The notes: generated by a model from the letters alone, not told the origin. Counted from the first letter of the whole stretch, positions 50,751-63,717 are shown. The stretch: DNA of 63,940 bases, filler included, from Chiloscyllium plagiosum (GCF_004010195.1; 4 parts of one record of this genome joined end to end with filler, not necessarily neighbours in it); one strand, 5' to 3'. Program-made: numbers and translations.

Positions 50751-52968
50751 CCCTACACCTTTTCGAGCCATTTTCAAAACCATCTTCTTTAATTAAGTTT
50801 GCAAGTATTGCCTTTATTTAGCTACCAGGTCTGATGTCTTGATTGATGGCCCTTCTGTGAAACATTTTGAAATGTTTTTTCCATGTTCTATACAATGGCA
50901 GGTTGTTATTGTGAACATATTCAGTATTCACATGTACAGAAGTATCACATGAGCTGCAATATTGTATTAACATTTATTTATTTAATGCATGCACTTTTCC
51001 CTGCTATTACAGCATGTTACAGTCGAGAATCTTGCTTACTCTGAGCCCTGAATTATAACTTGTGATGATAAGGTAGTACCTGTTTAATTGATAGCCTTAG
51101 TAAGAACCAGAATGTGCCAGGGCAGGAAGCCACAGGATTTTGAATTGTTTTATTGTTCAGACATGTATAACCAATCAAAAAGTACAATATTTTAAACAAC
51201 TATCATATTTTTCTGAATCCTGGATATGTCTGTAAACAATTCCAAAAATGGAAGAAAGTGCTTTTTGTTAATCATTTGTAATTTATTTGTAAATATATTT
51301 ATGCTCTCCTTCCTCATTGGACCTGCTCCAAAATGCCTCAACATCTTTCCTTCATAGGCTTGCTGTTAAGCTTGCACCATTGCCTGAATATTTGTATGCT
51401 GGCAATCTCCCAGGCTGCTCCAAGCAGTAGTTTTGCCAACACTTTCCTGGTTCACAAATTTGTAATACAAAACTAGCTGAGAAGCTGCAATTCCTCTGTA
51501 TTTTCTAAATGTGCATTCAGACCACCTTCCTACATGCACTATCTTAACAACCACGAAACCATATTTTTAAACAAGTTAATCATTTTCTGAAAATGAAACC
51601 TATAGCAATTTGTTGTGAATAGTGGACTTAAAATAGTATGCAGAGAATCTTTGACTTTTTGACCTCTATGCTTGATTAATTATTTCCATACCATACAGCA
51701 CATTATATGGTTTGGCATCAGTGTACAAAAGCTCAGGTGCTATCATTCCAATTATTCCTTTGTATATATTTTTTGAAAACATTATGTACGTATTGATGCA
51801 TCCACTTGACCCAACTTCTCACGTTGTTGTATTTTTGGTCATTTCAATTAATTTTGTTTGAGATCTTCTCTTTTATGTATGAGAACACAATTGTAATGAA
51901 ACTTCACCAAACTAATCGTACTTCCACATTTAATGAGCTTCAGAAAACATTTTATTCAACAATTCTTGGGTATGTGAATGACAGAAAGCAAGAATTAATG
52001 CTTAGATTCATACCTGGGTTCTTCCTTTTAGAATAGTTGCCTTAAGTGTTTTTCTCCCTCTTTAAGTGAAATCACAGATTTTCACACTTTTAATGCAAGT
52101 TGAACTCGTTTTATAACATTTTCTTTTCCTTTGACTTTAAAGCATGTTATGCTACTTTAGAATTGTGATGATAACCATAGGGTAGTTAGCAGCAGTTTCA
52201 CTTCTGAATCAAAGGATTGAGGTTCTATTGCAGAGACCTGAGCACAAGGGGAGCTGGCAGTATGGTAGTAATGTCATTAGATGTCATGCCAATTTTCTGC
52301 AGACATGGATTCAATTCTCACCATGGCTGCTGTTTATTTTTTTTTATCTCTCCCCATGAGTGTTATCACACACAATTAAGTGACCTTCCCACCACCAAAA
52401 TCACCGTGACTTTATTCTTTTTTTAAATTAACCTATTGACTGCCACCCCCACCAAAAATTCAACAACATGAGAAGTATTAAATTGTTGTATCCAATTAAA
52501 TTGGATAACTCAATTACATGGGGGGAGGGGGGGTGTGTGGCGGCAATGCGGGGGAAGGAACTAAATCAAAAGGATTTCGATTTAGAAATAAGGCACTGTA
52601 TTCCCCATGCAGCCCACCCCTCCCTAAAGGCACCGAGAGCATTTGTGGACACCTTGTGCTCCCTCTCTAAGGACTCCTGGGCACGAACATGAGCACAGAA
52701 GAGGGGGAATAAGTCAGGAGATATGACCCCCTCCACAGCTTGCTGCCTGGATCTATTACTAGCCAGCCAGGCCAGGCCCAGGAGCAGACCCATGAGGAGG
52801 CCTTCGGTCTGGCCACATCACTCCCCACCGGACTTCCAAAGATCAAGATCCCGGGGCTGAATGTAACCAAAACACAAAAGACTTTTCAGATAACTAAAAA
52901 GAGGCTCCAAATGTCCAGAAACAATATAAACATGGTCACCTGACTCCACAGTGCTCCAAAATTAAGAG

Positions 52969-53188
52969 TTAGGCTGAGAGTCCGTGAACAGTTGCAATAT
53001 GCGGTTAAATGGGACTACGAGGAGAAAGTGTGGACTGCAGATGTTGGAGATCAAAGTCGAGAGTGTGGTGCTGGAAAATTAGGCTGAGAGTCCGTGAACA
53101 GTTGCAATATGCGGTTAAATGGGACTACGAGGAGAAAGTGTGGACTGCAGATGTTGGAGATCAAAGTCGAGAGTGTGGTGCTGGAAAA
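52969..53188. repeat. Perfect 110-bp tandem duplication spanning a Tx1/PLE junction
   Basis: 52969-53078 = 53079-53188. Confidence 0.93.
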
Positions 53189-53328
53189 GCGCAGCAGGTC
53201 AGGCAGCATCCAAGGAGCAGGAGAATCAACATTTCGGGCATAAGCTGTTCATCAGGCTGATGCCCAAAACACCAATTCTCCTGCTCCTTGGATGCTGCCT
53301 GACCTGCTATGCTTTTCCAGCACCATAC
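53129..53328. mobile_element. PLE family A mini fold-back
   Basis: Inverted arms around ~53256; flanking TAAATGGGA at 53116-53124 and 53329-53337. Confidence 0.85.
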
Positions 53329-53500
53329 TAAATGGGATGACTGCGTGCAATACTCTTCACCCCAGACCCCTGATGGAAAGCAAGAGGATTCCCACATAGA
53401 GAGCACTCCACAGGAGATGCCCATTACTCAATGGCAAATAAGCACACCAAGGTGTGTCCAGGCAGTAGACGTAACCATGGATGTTCTTGGAATTTAAACT

Positions 53501-53885
53501 TATAGAGTCATAGAGATGTACAGCATGGAAACAGACCCTTTGGTCCAACCCGTCCAAGCCGACCAGATATCCCAACCAAATCTAATCCCACCTGCCAGCG
53601 CTCGGCCTATATCCCTCCAAACCCTTCCTATTCATATACCCATCCAAATGCCTCTTAAATGTTACAATTGTACCAGCCTCCACCACTTCCCCTGGCAGCT
53701 CATTCCACACACACACACCACCCTGTGTGTGAAAATGTTGCCCCTTAAGTCTCTTTTATATCTTTCCCCTCTCACCATAAACCTATGCCCTCTAGTTGTG
53801 GACTCCCCGACCCCAGGGAAAAGGCTTTGTCTATTTATCCTATCCATGCCCCTCATAATTTTGTAAACCTCTATAAGGTCACCCC
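53501..53885 (-). mobile_element. HER1 3' end, runs into gap
   Basis: Minus MRGMDRINRQSLFPGVGES..RGHRF; tail repeats. Confidence 0.95.
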
Positions 53886-53985
53886 NNNNNNNNNNNNNNN
53901 NNNNNNNNNNNNNNNNNNNNNNNNNNNNNTTAATTAATTAANNNNNNNNNNNNNNNNNNNNNNNNNNNNNNNNNNNNNNNNNNNN
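53886..53985. other. Artificial scaffold gap with six-frame stop linker
   Basis: N44 + TTAATTAATTAA + N44. Confidence 0.97.
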
Positions 53986-55720
53986 AAAGAAATTGAGGGT
54001 TTGGTTCAGAAAAAAAAAGGTAGCACATATCAGACACAGACAGGACAGATCGAGTGAATCCTTAGAAGAGTATAAAGGAAGTAGGAGTATACTTAAGAGG
54101 GAAATCAGGAGGGCAAAAAGGGGACATGAGATAGCTTTGGAAAATAGAATTAAGGAGAATCCAAAGGGTTTTTACAAATACATTAATGATAAAAGGGTAA
54201 CTAGGGAGAGAATGGGAGCGCTCAGAAGGCAGCCTTTATGTTGAGCTGCAGAAAATGGGAGAGATACTAAACAATAACTTTGCATCAGTATTTACTGTGG
54301 AAAAGGACATGGAAGATATAGAAAGTAGAGAAATAAGATGGTGATATCTTGAAAAGGTCCATATTACAGAGGAGGAAGTGCTGGATGTCTTGAAACGTAT
54401 AAAGGTGGATAGATCCCCAGGACCTGATCAGGTGTACCCTAGAACTCTGTGGGAAGCTAGGGAAGCGATTGCTGGGCCTCTTGCTGAGATATTTGTATCA
54501 TCGATAGTCACTGGTGAGGTCCGGAAGACTGGACGTTGGCTAACGTGGTGCCTCAGTTTAAGAAGGGTGATAAGGACAAGCCAGGGAACTATAGACCAGT
54601 GAGCCTGACGTTGGTGGAGGGCAAGTTGTTGGGAGGAGTCCTGAGGGACAGGGTATACCTGTAATTGGAAAGGCAAAGACTGATTAGGGACAGTCAACAT
54701 GGCTTTGTGCGTGGAAAATCTTGTCTCACAAACTTGATTGAGTTTTTTGAAGAAGTAACAAAGAAGATTGATGAGGGCAGAGTGGTAGATGTAATCTATA
54801 TGGCCTTCAGTAAGGCATTCGACAAGATTCCCCATGGGAGACTGGTTGGCAAAGTTAGATCTCATGGAATACAGGGAGAACTAGCCATTCGGATACAGAA
54901 CTGGCTCAAAGGTAGAAGACAGAGAGTGGTGGTGGAGAGTTATTTTTCAGACTGGAGGCCTGTGGCCAGTAGAGTGCCACAAGAATTGGTGATTTGGATG
55001 TGAGCATAAGAGGTATAGTTAGTAAGTTGGCAGATGACACCAAAATTGGAGGTGTAGTGGACAGCGAAGATGGTTACCTCAGATTACAACAGGATCATGA
55101 CCAGATGGGCCAATGGGCTGAGAAGTGGCAGATGGAGTTTAATTGGGATAAATGCAAGGTGCTGCATTTTAGGAAACCAAATCTTTGCAGGATTTATACA
55201 TTCTTATCAGAAAGATGTTGTGAAACTTGAAAGGGTTCAGAAAAGATTTACAAAGATGTTGCCAGGTTTGGAGGATTTGAGCTACAGGAGAAGCTGAACA
55301 GGCTGGGGTGGTTTTCCCTGGAGTGTCGGAGGCTGAGGGGTGACCTCACAGAGGTTTACAAAATTATGAGGGGCATAGATAGGATAAATAGACAAAGTCT
55401 TTTCCCTGGAGTGGGATAGTCCAGAACTAGAGGGCATAGGTTTAGGGTGAGAGGGGAAAGATATAAAAGGGACCTACGGGGCAACTTTTTCACGCAGACG
55501 GTAGTACGTGTATGGAATGAACTGCCAGAGGAAGTGGTGGAGTCTGGTACAATTGCAACATTTAAAAGGCATTTGGATGGGTATATGAATAGAAAGAGTT
55601 TGCAGGGATATGGGCCGGGTGCTGGCAGGTGGGACTAGATTGGGTTGGGATATCTCGTTGGCATGGATGGGTTGGACCGAAGGGTCTGTTTCCATGCTGT
55701 ACATCTCTATGACTCTATGA
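53986..55720 (+). mobile_element. HER1/CR1 ORF2 + tail with internal deletions
   Basis: IKENPKGFY, QHGFVRGKSCLTNL, LADDTK; (CTCTATGA)n. Confidence 0.95.
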
Positions 55721-57621
55721 TAGCTTTGGCCAGCAAAGAATGTATTTATTCAACATAAAAACTAATAATTGAGAAAATATTTAATTTTTTGTGGGCAATT
55801 TCCATAATGTTTCATAATGTGTCTCTTCAAGATGACAGCATTTAAATATGTTATGTGACTGTTTTAGAGATTAATGATAAATAATGGCGAAAGGAATATC
55901 AATTTATTTTCTATTTCTTGTATATGTCATATAGATTTATGCAAACTGGAAACAAATTCACAGACTCTATGGTGGCATCCTTCCATCTTGAAAAATGATG
56001 ATTTGTATTGTGGCTATCAATTCTGAGTTAAGTGTCATCGACGTGAGCTCAGGAGCCGCACTCTGTGTGGTAGTCTCAATTGAAATTCCTACAGAAGATG
56101 TCAGTGGGCTCGAACAATGTATGATTTACTGGCATTTGTTTTCCTTGGGTCTTTTCCATGACTAGTGGAGGTTTTTTTTCTCTGCTTGCCTCTTTCACTA
56201 CTCTTTCAACTGTCAAGCTTCAGTGGCCATGGCCATCACTAGCCATCTCCCAGTTGCATCCAAACAAATTCTTAGCATCTCTTAGTAGGACAAGGTCACC
56301 GAGTTAGAATTCACAGAGTGTACTGTTTCTATCAGCATACATTCACTGCTTAGCTAATAATGCCTGTACTGGTTCAGCCATTTTCATTGCTAGAAAGACA
56401 GCTGTATACCCAAAGGCCTTGTGTGTGTAAATTTGCCACTAGGTTACAACCTCCTGAGTATTCATACCTCCAGTTTAAAAAAAGCTACACGTGAGATCTG
56501 AAGACAGTACATATTGACATAGACAACTAGGAGACAGTCTCACTTTGTGACCTATACTTTATCATGATAAGAAGTCAGTTTTATTCTTTCTCACATGGAT
56601 TCACATACATGCTGGATCGAGGGATAAAGATGGTAATTTGACACATTACTAGTATGCATAGTTCCATGCCAACTTGACATTTCCAACTGTAAAAAAGAAG
56701 TTTCCAAATCTATTAAAATGTATATTGAACATTATTGACAACTACATATAAACAGTTGAAAAACAAAAAGTGAACAATGTCTATTTGGCTCATTCCAATA
56801 ATTTTAATCTTACTAGCCAATATAAAGGATTGACACTGTACGTACAGCTGGGCAAGAACCCTGAACTTATATTATATGCCAGGGTTTGTTGGCTCTGGAA
56901 GGTGCATTTGTAATGTGTCTAAAACAGGTTGTTAGCCTGTATATCACACGAAAACACACGATGGTAAGCAGTAAGATCAGCATAGTGTCCTAGTTAACCA
57001 CCCTACAGAGGCAATGGCAAATGATTGCAGGACTTTGCCTGCATGTGTAGACCAATACAATGGAAACCCATAGTCCAACTCCCGGTAGTTATAGTGGTTA
57101 AAAAAGACAGATCTAGTATGTCGGAATATTCCAAATATTATTAGCCTCTGATTTAAGATGTATTTCCTATAACTATACATTTTCCACTTTATCTTTCACC
57201 ATTTTAAATTTATGCTTTCTGTTCTTAATGACCTGTCTTACTTTTAAGAGTTTATCTGATCTATAGCATTCATTTAAATATTTCCCTCTTGCTGAGTTTC
57301 CCTCTCCTTCTCCAAGTTGGCTTTATGATTAATTTCCCTTCCATCTGGAATAATCCTAGTTGCTCTTCTACATATTCTGTCCAATGAAGCATATCTAGCT
57401 TGGAGTTTATTAACTTAAAACATATTCAGCACACCAGTGTAATCTAATTATGCAGTACAAGTTAACATAACCTCTGTGGACTTGTTTGATATTGGCAATT
57501 CATGTCTCTACAAATTGTGAGAGATGCTGAGAATACTTGCTGCATGGACCCAGACAACAACAGGTGTTGTAAAAATATTTCACCCTGTGAAGCGTTGTGG
57601 GATGTTCTAGCTTTAGATGGT

Positions 57622-57845
57622 TAAAAATCACACAACACCAGGCTATAGTCCAACAGGTTTAATTGGAAGCACACTAGTTTTTGGAGCGACGCTCCTTCAT
57701 CAGGTGATTGTGAAGCGACGCTCCTGATGAAGGAGCGTCGCTCCAAAATCTAGTGTGCTACCAATTAAACCTGTTGGACTATAACCTGGTGTTGTGTGAT
57801 TTTTAACTTTGTACACCCCAGTCCAAAACCGGCATCTCCGAATCA
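57622..57845. mobile_element. PLE family B mini fold-back with 14-bp TSD, hammerhead motif on each arm
   Basis: TSD TAGCTTTAGATGGT at 57608-57621 and 57846-57859; CTGATGA A GGAGC gtc GCTCC AAAA on both strands. Confidence 0.93.
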
Positions 57846-57951
57846 TAGCTTTAGATGGTGTTTGAAAAATGCAAATATTATTAATTAGATTTGTTAGCAT
57901 TTTCACTGATTTTACACACATTCTTGACACTGAAAGTATTAAGGGGGGGAT

Positions 57952-57964
57952 CCAAGATGGCGGC
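57952..57964 (+). promoter_or_regulatory. YY1-type motif at the L1 5' end (internal promoter)
   Basis: CAAGATGGCGG, the antisense YY1 consensus typical of L1 5' termini. Confidence 0.6.
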
Positions 57965-58115
57965 GACCCAGCAAGTCTGAGTCTACAGTGCTCCTCCCAA
58001 GACTTGGGCTAAGTGGGTCACCCACCCCCACCACACTCACCAAATCATTTAAAATAGTTGTTTAATTTAATTAGTTGTTTAATACTGAATTTAAATAATT
58101 TAATCTTTAGTAAAA

Positions 58116-58951
58116 ATGACCAAAGGGAAGGGAGCCCGCAGCTCTCAGCAAGTGGGAACCCCTCCCCCACCCTCTCCAGCTGCAGCAGAGGCGTCCGCAG
58201 CCGCCTCGGGGGAGCTACAGTGGCGAGCCTCGTGGAAATCATCTCTAAACTGGATGCGAAGATCAACGCTTTTATTGAAGAATCCCGAAGCCGATGGGAC
58301 TCACTCTCGGCCGTGCTGCAAAAGCACGACTGAGACATTAAAGAAATCGAGCGCCGAGTCGGAGGGGCGGGGCTAAAGGCCATGACCTCCAAAACTACAG
58401 CGCAATCGGCCGTGGATCGAGTCCAGACTCTCGAACTGCGAGTCCGGACCTTACAGAATCACATCGACGACGTCGATAATCGAGGTTGTCGAAAAAATAT
58501 TCGTTTGCTGGGCCTTCCCGAACAGGAAGAGGAAGGCCAGCTTACAGTGTCTCTCGAACTGTGGCTGCCACAGCTTTTAAACCTGGAGGCTGGATCAGGC
58601 CAGGTAAGGGTGGAATGGGCCTACTGGGTCGCAATACGCGGGCCAGGCTCAAACCTACGCCCCCGCCCGTTCCTGTTCCGGCTGCAGAGCTATAGAGAGA
58701 GGCAGATACTCCTAGAAGCTTCTAGAAATCTTGGAAAAGACCCCCGAGCCATCATCTATAAAGGATCCAAGATCATGTTATTCCAGGACTTTTCCCAAGC
58801 TCTGGTCCAAAAGAGGAAGGCATTCAATGAGACAAAGAAGTGTTTAAGGGACTTAAATATTCAGTACTCCTAACGCTTTAACCATGAAGGATCCGTGTAT
58901 AACTTTGGATCGCCGGAAAAGGCTAAGGAATTTTTGGACTTTCTTAGATAA
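58116..58951 (+). pseudogene. L1 ORF1p (coiled coil + RRM + CTD), disrupted
   Basis: IDDVDNRGCRKNIRLLGLPE, RPRPFLFRL, IMLFQDFS...KRKAF, FGSPEKAKEFL; frameshift near 58210, stops at 58331 and 58871. Confidence 0.88.
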
Positions 58952-59139
58952 ATTGTAAGAGATAATTGATGTTGGTTTGCCTTCCCCCCACTCCGGTTTA
59001 TATTCCCCCCTTTTCTTTTTTTACCTTACTGTTTAATATTATCTTGGGGATTGGGAAGAGGGATTTATGTATTTGTTCTCTATTTAACGATTTTCTCTCC
59101 CCCACTTGGGTTTTTTTTTATTATTCTATATATATATAG

Positions 59140-59281
59140 GCCGGGGGGGTCTAGTTAATGTTGGTGGGGGCAGGTGGTTACCTTATTCTATTTTACCTCT
59201 GTCTCTAGGAGCCGGGGGGTTCTAGTTATTGTTGGTGGGGGCAGGTGGTTACCTTATTCTATTTTACCTCTGTCTCTAGGA
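59140..59281. repeat. ~71-bp tandem duplication in the L1 spacer
   Basis: GCCGGGGGG.TCTAGTTA.TGTTGGTGGGGGCAGG...GTCTCTAGGA x2. Confidence 0.88.
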
Positions 59282-59392
59282 GCGGGGTTGTTTTCCCTTG
59301 TTATTTTGTATTATTATATTTAATTATTACTTGTTGAGGTTGTAATTTTATAGTTATATATGTTTATACATGGTATTAACATTACCAAATAT

Positions 59393-59492
59393 NNNNNNNN
59401 NNNNNNNNNNNNNNNNNNNNNNNNNNNNNNNNNNNNTTAATTAATTAANNNNNNNNNNNNNNNNNNNNNNNNNNNNNNNNNNNNNNNNNNNN
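59393..59492. other. Artificial scaffold gap with six-frame stop linker
   Basis: N44 + TTAATTAATTAA + N44. Confidence 0.97.
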
Positions 59493-59802
59493 CTCCACCA
59501 CTTCCTCTGGCAGATCATTCCATACCCATACCACCCTCTGTGTGAAAAAGTTGCCCCTTAGGTCGCTTTTATATCTTTCCCCTTTCACCTTAAACCTATG
59601 CCCTCTAGTTTTGGACTCCCCCACCCCAGGGAAAAGACTTTGTCTATTTATCCTATCCATGCCCCTCATGATTTCGTAAACCTCTATAAGGTCACCCCTC
59701 AGCCTCCGACGCTCCAGGGAAAACAGCCCCAGCCTGTTCAGCCTCTCCCTATAGCTCAAATCCTCCAACCCCGGCAACATTATTGTAAATCTTTTCTGAA
59801 CG
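59493..59802 (-). mobile_element. HER1 fragment
   Basis: Minus [38 protein letters not shown]. Confidence 0.95.
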
Positions 59803-61971
59803 CCATCTTCTTTTTCAGTTCCACCCATACTGAACCAAACCCCAGGAATAAAGGAACAAAACAAATTGTGAACAATCTGTGAAACAAGTAATCGAATGAT
59901 TCCTCCACCTACCTCCACAAAATGCCATATAAACCACACTGCCTGTTCAATCTCACATCTTTCTCCACCACCTCAGCCTGAGATCCACTTTTCAGCAAAA
60001 CAGCAAATAGTGAATCATTCTCAAATTTCTATTTCAAACTGCAAATGAATGGGAGGTGGTAAATTCAAGGGAAAGCAGTCGAAGTCCAATGGAGCAAATG
60101 CTGCATTGGAAGCTTCATGGCGGATAGAGGCTTTAGCATGAAAACGGTAAATAGGAATATATGTTAAATTAAGTTCCTTGCTATAAGCTGCAAATGTAAG
60201 GAGTCTTCCAGTGAAACTCTGATGAGAAATGGGGGTTCTATAATATAAGTATGGGATGGATACCCTAATCCCTGCTGTGAATTCAATAGTGCTGGAAGAG
60301 CTTGTTCTTTAGCCTCACTAGGAAGAGGAAGATGGCTGTACTGTAATCTGATTAGGAATAATATATGCAAAATGGAAAATATATAAAGGAGGAAAATCTC
60401 TTCAATTGGGACATCAGAATCAGTCATGACCTTTCACCAGCTCTTCCTCTTCCTCCTCTCTCTCTGGGCTTTGTTATCAGGATTAAAATCTCTAAGGGCT
60501 ATAGATTTTCAGATCCAAAGAATTGAATTTACTCAATATTAGGTAAACATGTTGAAATATGTGAATGATTCCACTACAAATATATTCTGCTGTTAACATC
60601 ATAGTAGTGCACTAAAATAGAGCTTGGAAAACAGGCTTCAGAATGTTATATACCTGATTTCAATGATACATCTGTATGTGTCATTAACTTGTTTCTTTTC
60701 TGATACATGAAAATGAAATGGAAATGCTACCACATTTATCTGACTAAACCTGTGATTGATAATAACTGCATGGCATTGGATTTTGATTGCATTTTGAATA
60801 GATATTCTAGCAACATCAATGGGGAAAGATTTTACAAGTACTTCCCAAATGATTCACTGCTGTTAAATGATAGACTACAACTGTATTACATGCAATATTT
60901 CTTAAATCCTCAAAAGATATATAATAATTTAAATCATAACCATGTCGAATTGCTCTTACAAATTTGCTTGTCTTCTGTCATGCGTGATTTTACAAAAGAT
61001 TTTAAAATAACCTTTACAGGCATCAGCCCTATACTTACTGATGTAAATACCAATTGCAGAATCATTAACTAAAATGTGCCAGCATCAAATCTTAATGAGT
61101 ATCTTTCCAAAATTTCTGCAGTTCTTAATACAGAGAATCATCTCCACTAAATCATTTACTGCTGTACATTTAATTCTATTACATAACAGTATCCTCATAC
61201 CAGTTGTTGGAAAACAACTGAATTGTAGCAGTCAGCTCAGGGTCTGAAATTGTAGAAATCTCAAACACAGCCCTAATCTGTTTCAAACTGTCTTATTTCC
61301 AGGCTTCACAGAAGTAGGACAAGAATGAGGCAAGAGATAGACTGGTAATTTTAAACACTTTAGTTAGACTGTCAGCCTTTTCTTTAATCTCAGGAAACCC
61401 AAAAATTGAAGGGAGGTGAGGGCAGCTTCAGGGAGTCTTGAGGTACCTTAATGAGACAGTTTGTTGCCAGGGATTTGGGAGATGGGGGTGGGATGGAGGA
61501 AGGTTGGGGGGGTGTTGGTGGAGGACAGGTTATCTTTCTTCTTAGCTCCTTGAGCAATTCCTCCCAATCCCACTATTAGAAGTCACATCTTAAAAGTACC
61601 AGTCCTTTCCTCTATCTAATGGTGATATTGGACACATCAAACTCTGTGCCTGGGTTTAAGGGTCAGACTTTCAGATTTCCCATCAAAACTTCTGTCTAAC
61701 AATATATCACACCCTTTTAATAACCAGACCCCTGGTTTGCACATTGTAGAGAAGTCCAGGACTATATTACAGTTTTGAACCTGAGTGAATCAGAGTGTCA
61801 AATGCCTTATCCTTCAGAACACCTCGTGTAAGAAATTTGCATATTGGACGTCCATGCCAGTAGTTATGATCCTAGCTGATGTTACCATTGGACACATCAG
61901 ATCCCAGACTAAAATATCACTTGATAGATTTAAAATAAAAAATAATGGTATTAAGATGAAACATAATAACA

Positions 61972-62308
61972 TGGGGCAACATAGTGTTTCAGTGGTTAGC
62001 GCTGCTGCCTCACAGCACCAGGGACTTGAGTTTGATTCCAACCTCGGGTGACTGTCTGTGTGGAGTTTGCACATTCTCTCTATGTCTGCGTGGGTTTCCT
62101 CCAGATTCTGCGGTTTTCTCCCACAGTCCAAAAAATGTGCAGGTTAGGTAGATCGGCCATGCTAAATTCCCCGTAGTGTCCAAGGATGTGTAGGTTAGTT
62201 GCATTAGCCATGAGAAATTGCAGGTGGATGGGTCTGGGTGGAATATGCTTCAGAGAGTTGGTGTGGACCTGTTGGGCTGAATGACTTGTTTCCATATTGA
62301 GGGGATTC
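61972..62308 (+). mobile_element. HE1 V-SINE
   Basis: CAGTGGTTAGCGCTGCTGCCTCACAGC...TGTGTGGAGTTTGCACATTCTC. Confidence 0.9.
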
Positions 62309-62624
62309 CGTAACACAAGCTGCAGATTTTGTTTCAATAATAAAATAAAGTTTATTACACAAGAGAAGTGAATAGGATGAATCAAGCTATTTACTTAAAA
62401 TGCAATGTGAAAGAATTTAAAGCACATGCCAAAGTAAAAACAATCCATCTATCCCAACAGAATCACTTTACAGCACTCAAACCCAAAGAGAGAGTTTACT
62501 TCTCTAACACATCAGAACGTTTCACCTAATTATTTTATTCAGTTCTTGGCCTGAAGGGCTTGATAGCATCTTTGTTGATTATTCATGCTGCTCAGCCTGA
62601 AGTTTTTTGTTTCAAATAATCTCT

Positions 62625-63717
62625 TAAGCATTGGATACTGCTAGGGGGATGACTTACCAGAGATAAGGCGTGGGGTACAGGTCTCTGACACAAAGACTGT
62701 CCCTCTTGCTCAAAGGGAAGTCGGGAAATGAGGACACCATTAGTCATTGGGGACTCCATAGTTACGGAGGCAGATAGGAGGTTCTGTAGGAATGAGACAG
62801 ACTCACGGTTGGTGCGTTGCCTTCCAGGTACCAGGGTTCATGATGTCTTGGATTGTGTTTTCGGGATCTTTGAGGATATAAGGCAGAAATTCAGGGAGCT
62901 AGGGTGGAAGCTTAGTTGTTATCTCTGGTTTGTTGCCCGTGCTATGTGCTAGCGAGGTGAGGAATAGGGAGAGAGTGCAGTTGGACACGTGGCTACAAGG
63001 ATGGTACAGGAGGGAGGGATTTGGATATCTAGATAATTGGGGCTCATTCTGGGATAGGTGAGACCTGTACCAACAGTATGGTCTACACCTGAACCAGTGT
63101 GGTACCAATATCCTGGGGGGGGAATTTGCTAATGCTCTTCAGGAGGGTTTAAACTAATGCAGCAGGGGGATGGGAACCTGAATTGTAGCTCCAGTGTACA
63201 GGAGGTTGAGGGTTATGAGGTCATAGATAAGGTTTCAAGGACGCAAGAGTGTACCCGCGAGGAGGAAAATGGTTTGAAGTGTGCCTACTTCAACGCCAGG
63301 AGCATCCAGAATAAGGTGGTCAACTTACAGCATGGGTTGGAAACTGGGACGTCGATGCTGTGACCACTTTGGACACATTGATAGAACAGGGACAGGAATA
63401 GTTGTTGCAGGTTCCAGGGTTTAGATGTTCCAGTCAGATCAGGGACGGTATTAAAAGAGGGGGAGGTGTGGCATTGTTAAAGACAGTATTACAGTGGCAG
63501 AAAGGACGTTTGATGAGGACTCGTCCACTGAGCTAGTATGGGCTGAGGTTAGAAACAGGAAAGGAGAGGTCACCTTGTTGGGACTTTTCTATAGGCCCCC
63601 ACATAGTCGCAGAGATGTAGAGAAGGGGTGACAAAGGTGATTCTGGATAGGAGCGAGAGTAACACGGTAGTTGTTATGGGGGACTTTAACTTTCCAAATA
63701 TTGACTGGAAATGCTAT
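62625..63717 (+). mobile_element. CR1 ORF1 esterase to ORF2 endonuclease fragment (same family as 14170-19325)
   Basis: VIGDSIV, CLPGTRV, LHLN; LKCAYFNARSIQNK; GGGGACTTTAAC (GDFN). Confidence 0.88.

Larger units (their letters stand above)
52333..53495 (-). mobile_element. Tx1-clade LINE 3' end (ORF2 C-terminus + 3' UTR), interrupted by a PLE fold-back
   Basis: Minus LLLGLAWLA..RSRQ...LF.AHVRA...ERE...AFREGWA...C and TPW...LLWSALY resemble the Tx1 ORF2 C-terminus; A-rich end at ~52333. Confidence 0.7.
57943..59392 (+). mobile_element. L1-clade LINE 5' part (5' UTR, ORF1, inter-ORF spacer), ends at gap
   Basis: Starts GGGGGGGATCCAAGATGGCGG; L1-type ORF1; T-rich spacer. Confidence 0.88.

Noticed and set aside
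58116..58951. L1TD1-like domesticated gene
   Set aside because: It has stops and a frameshift and sits behind a canonical L1 5' end
60707..61072. 121-aa ORF (also 43694..44086 and 44614..44922)
   Set aside because: No recognisable domain or splice context; composition mirrors background, so probably chance
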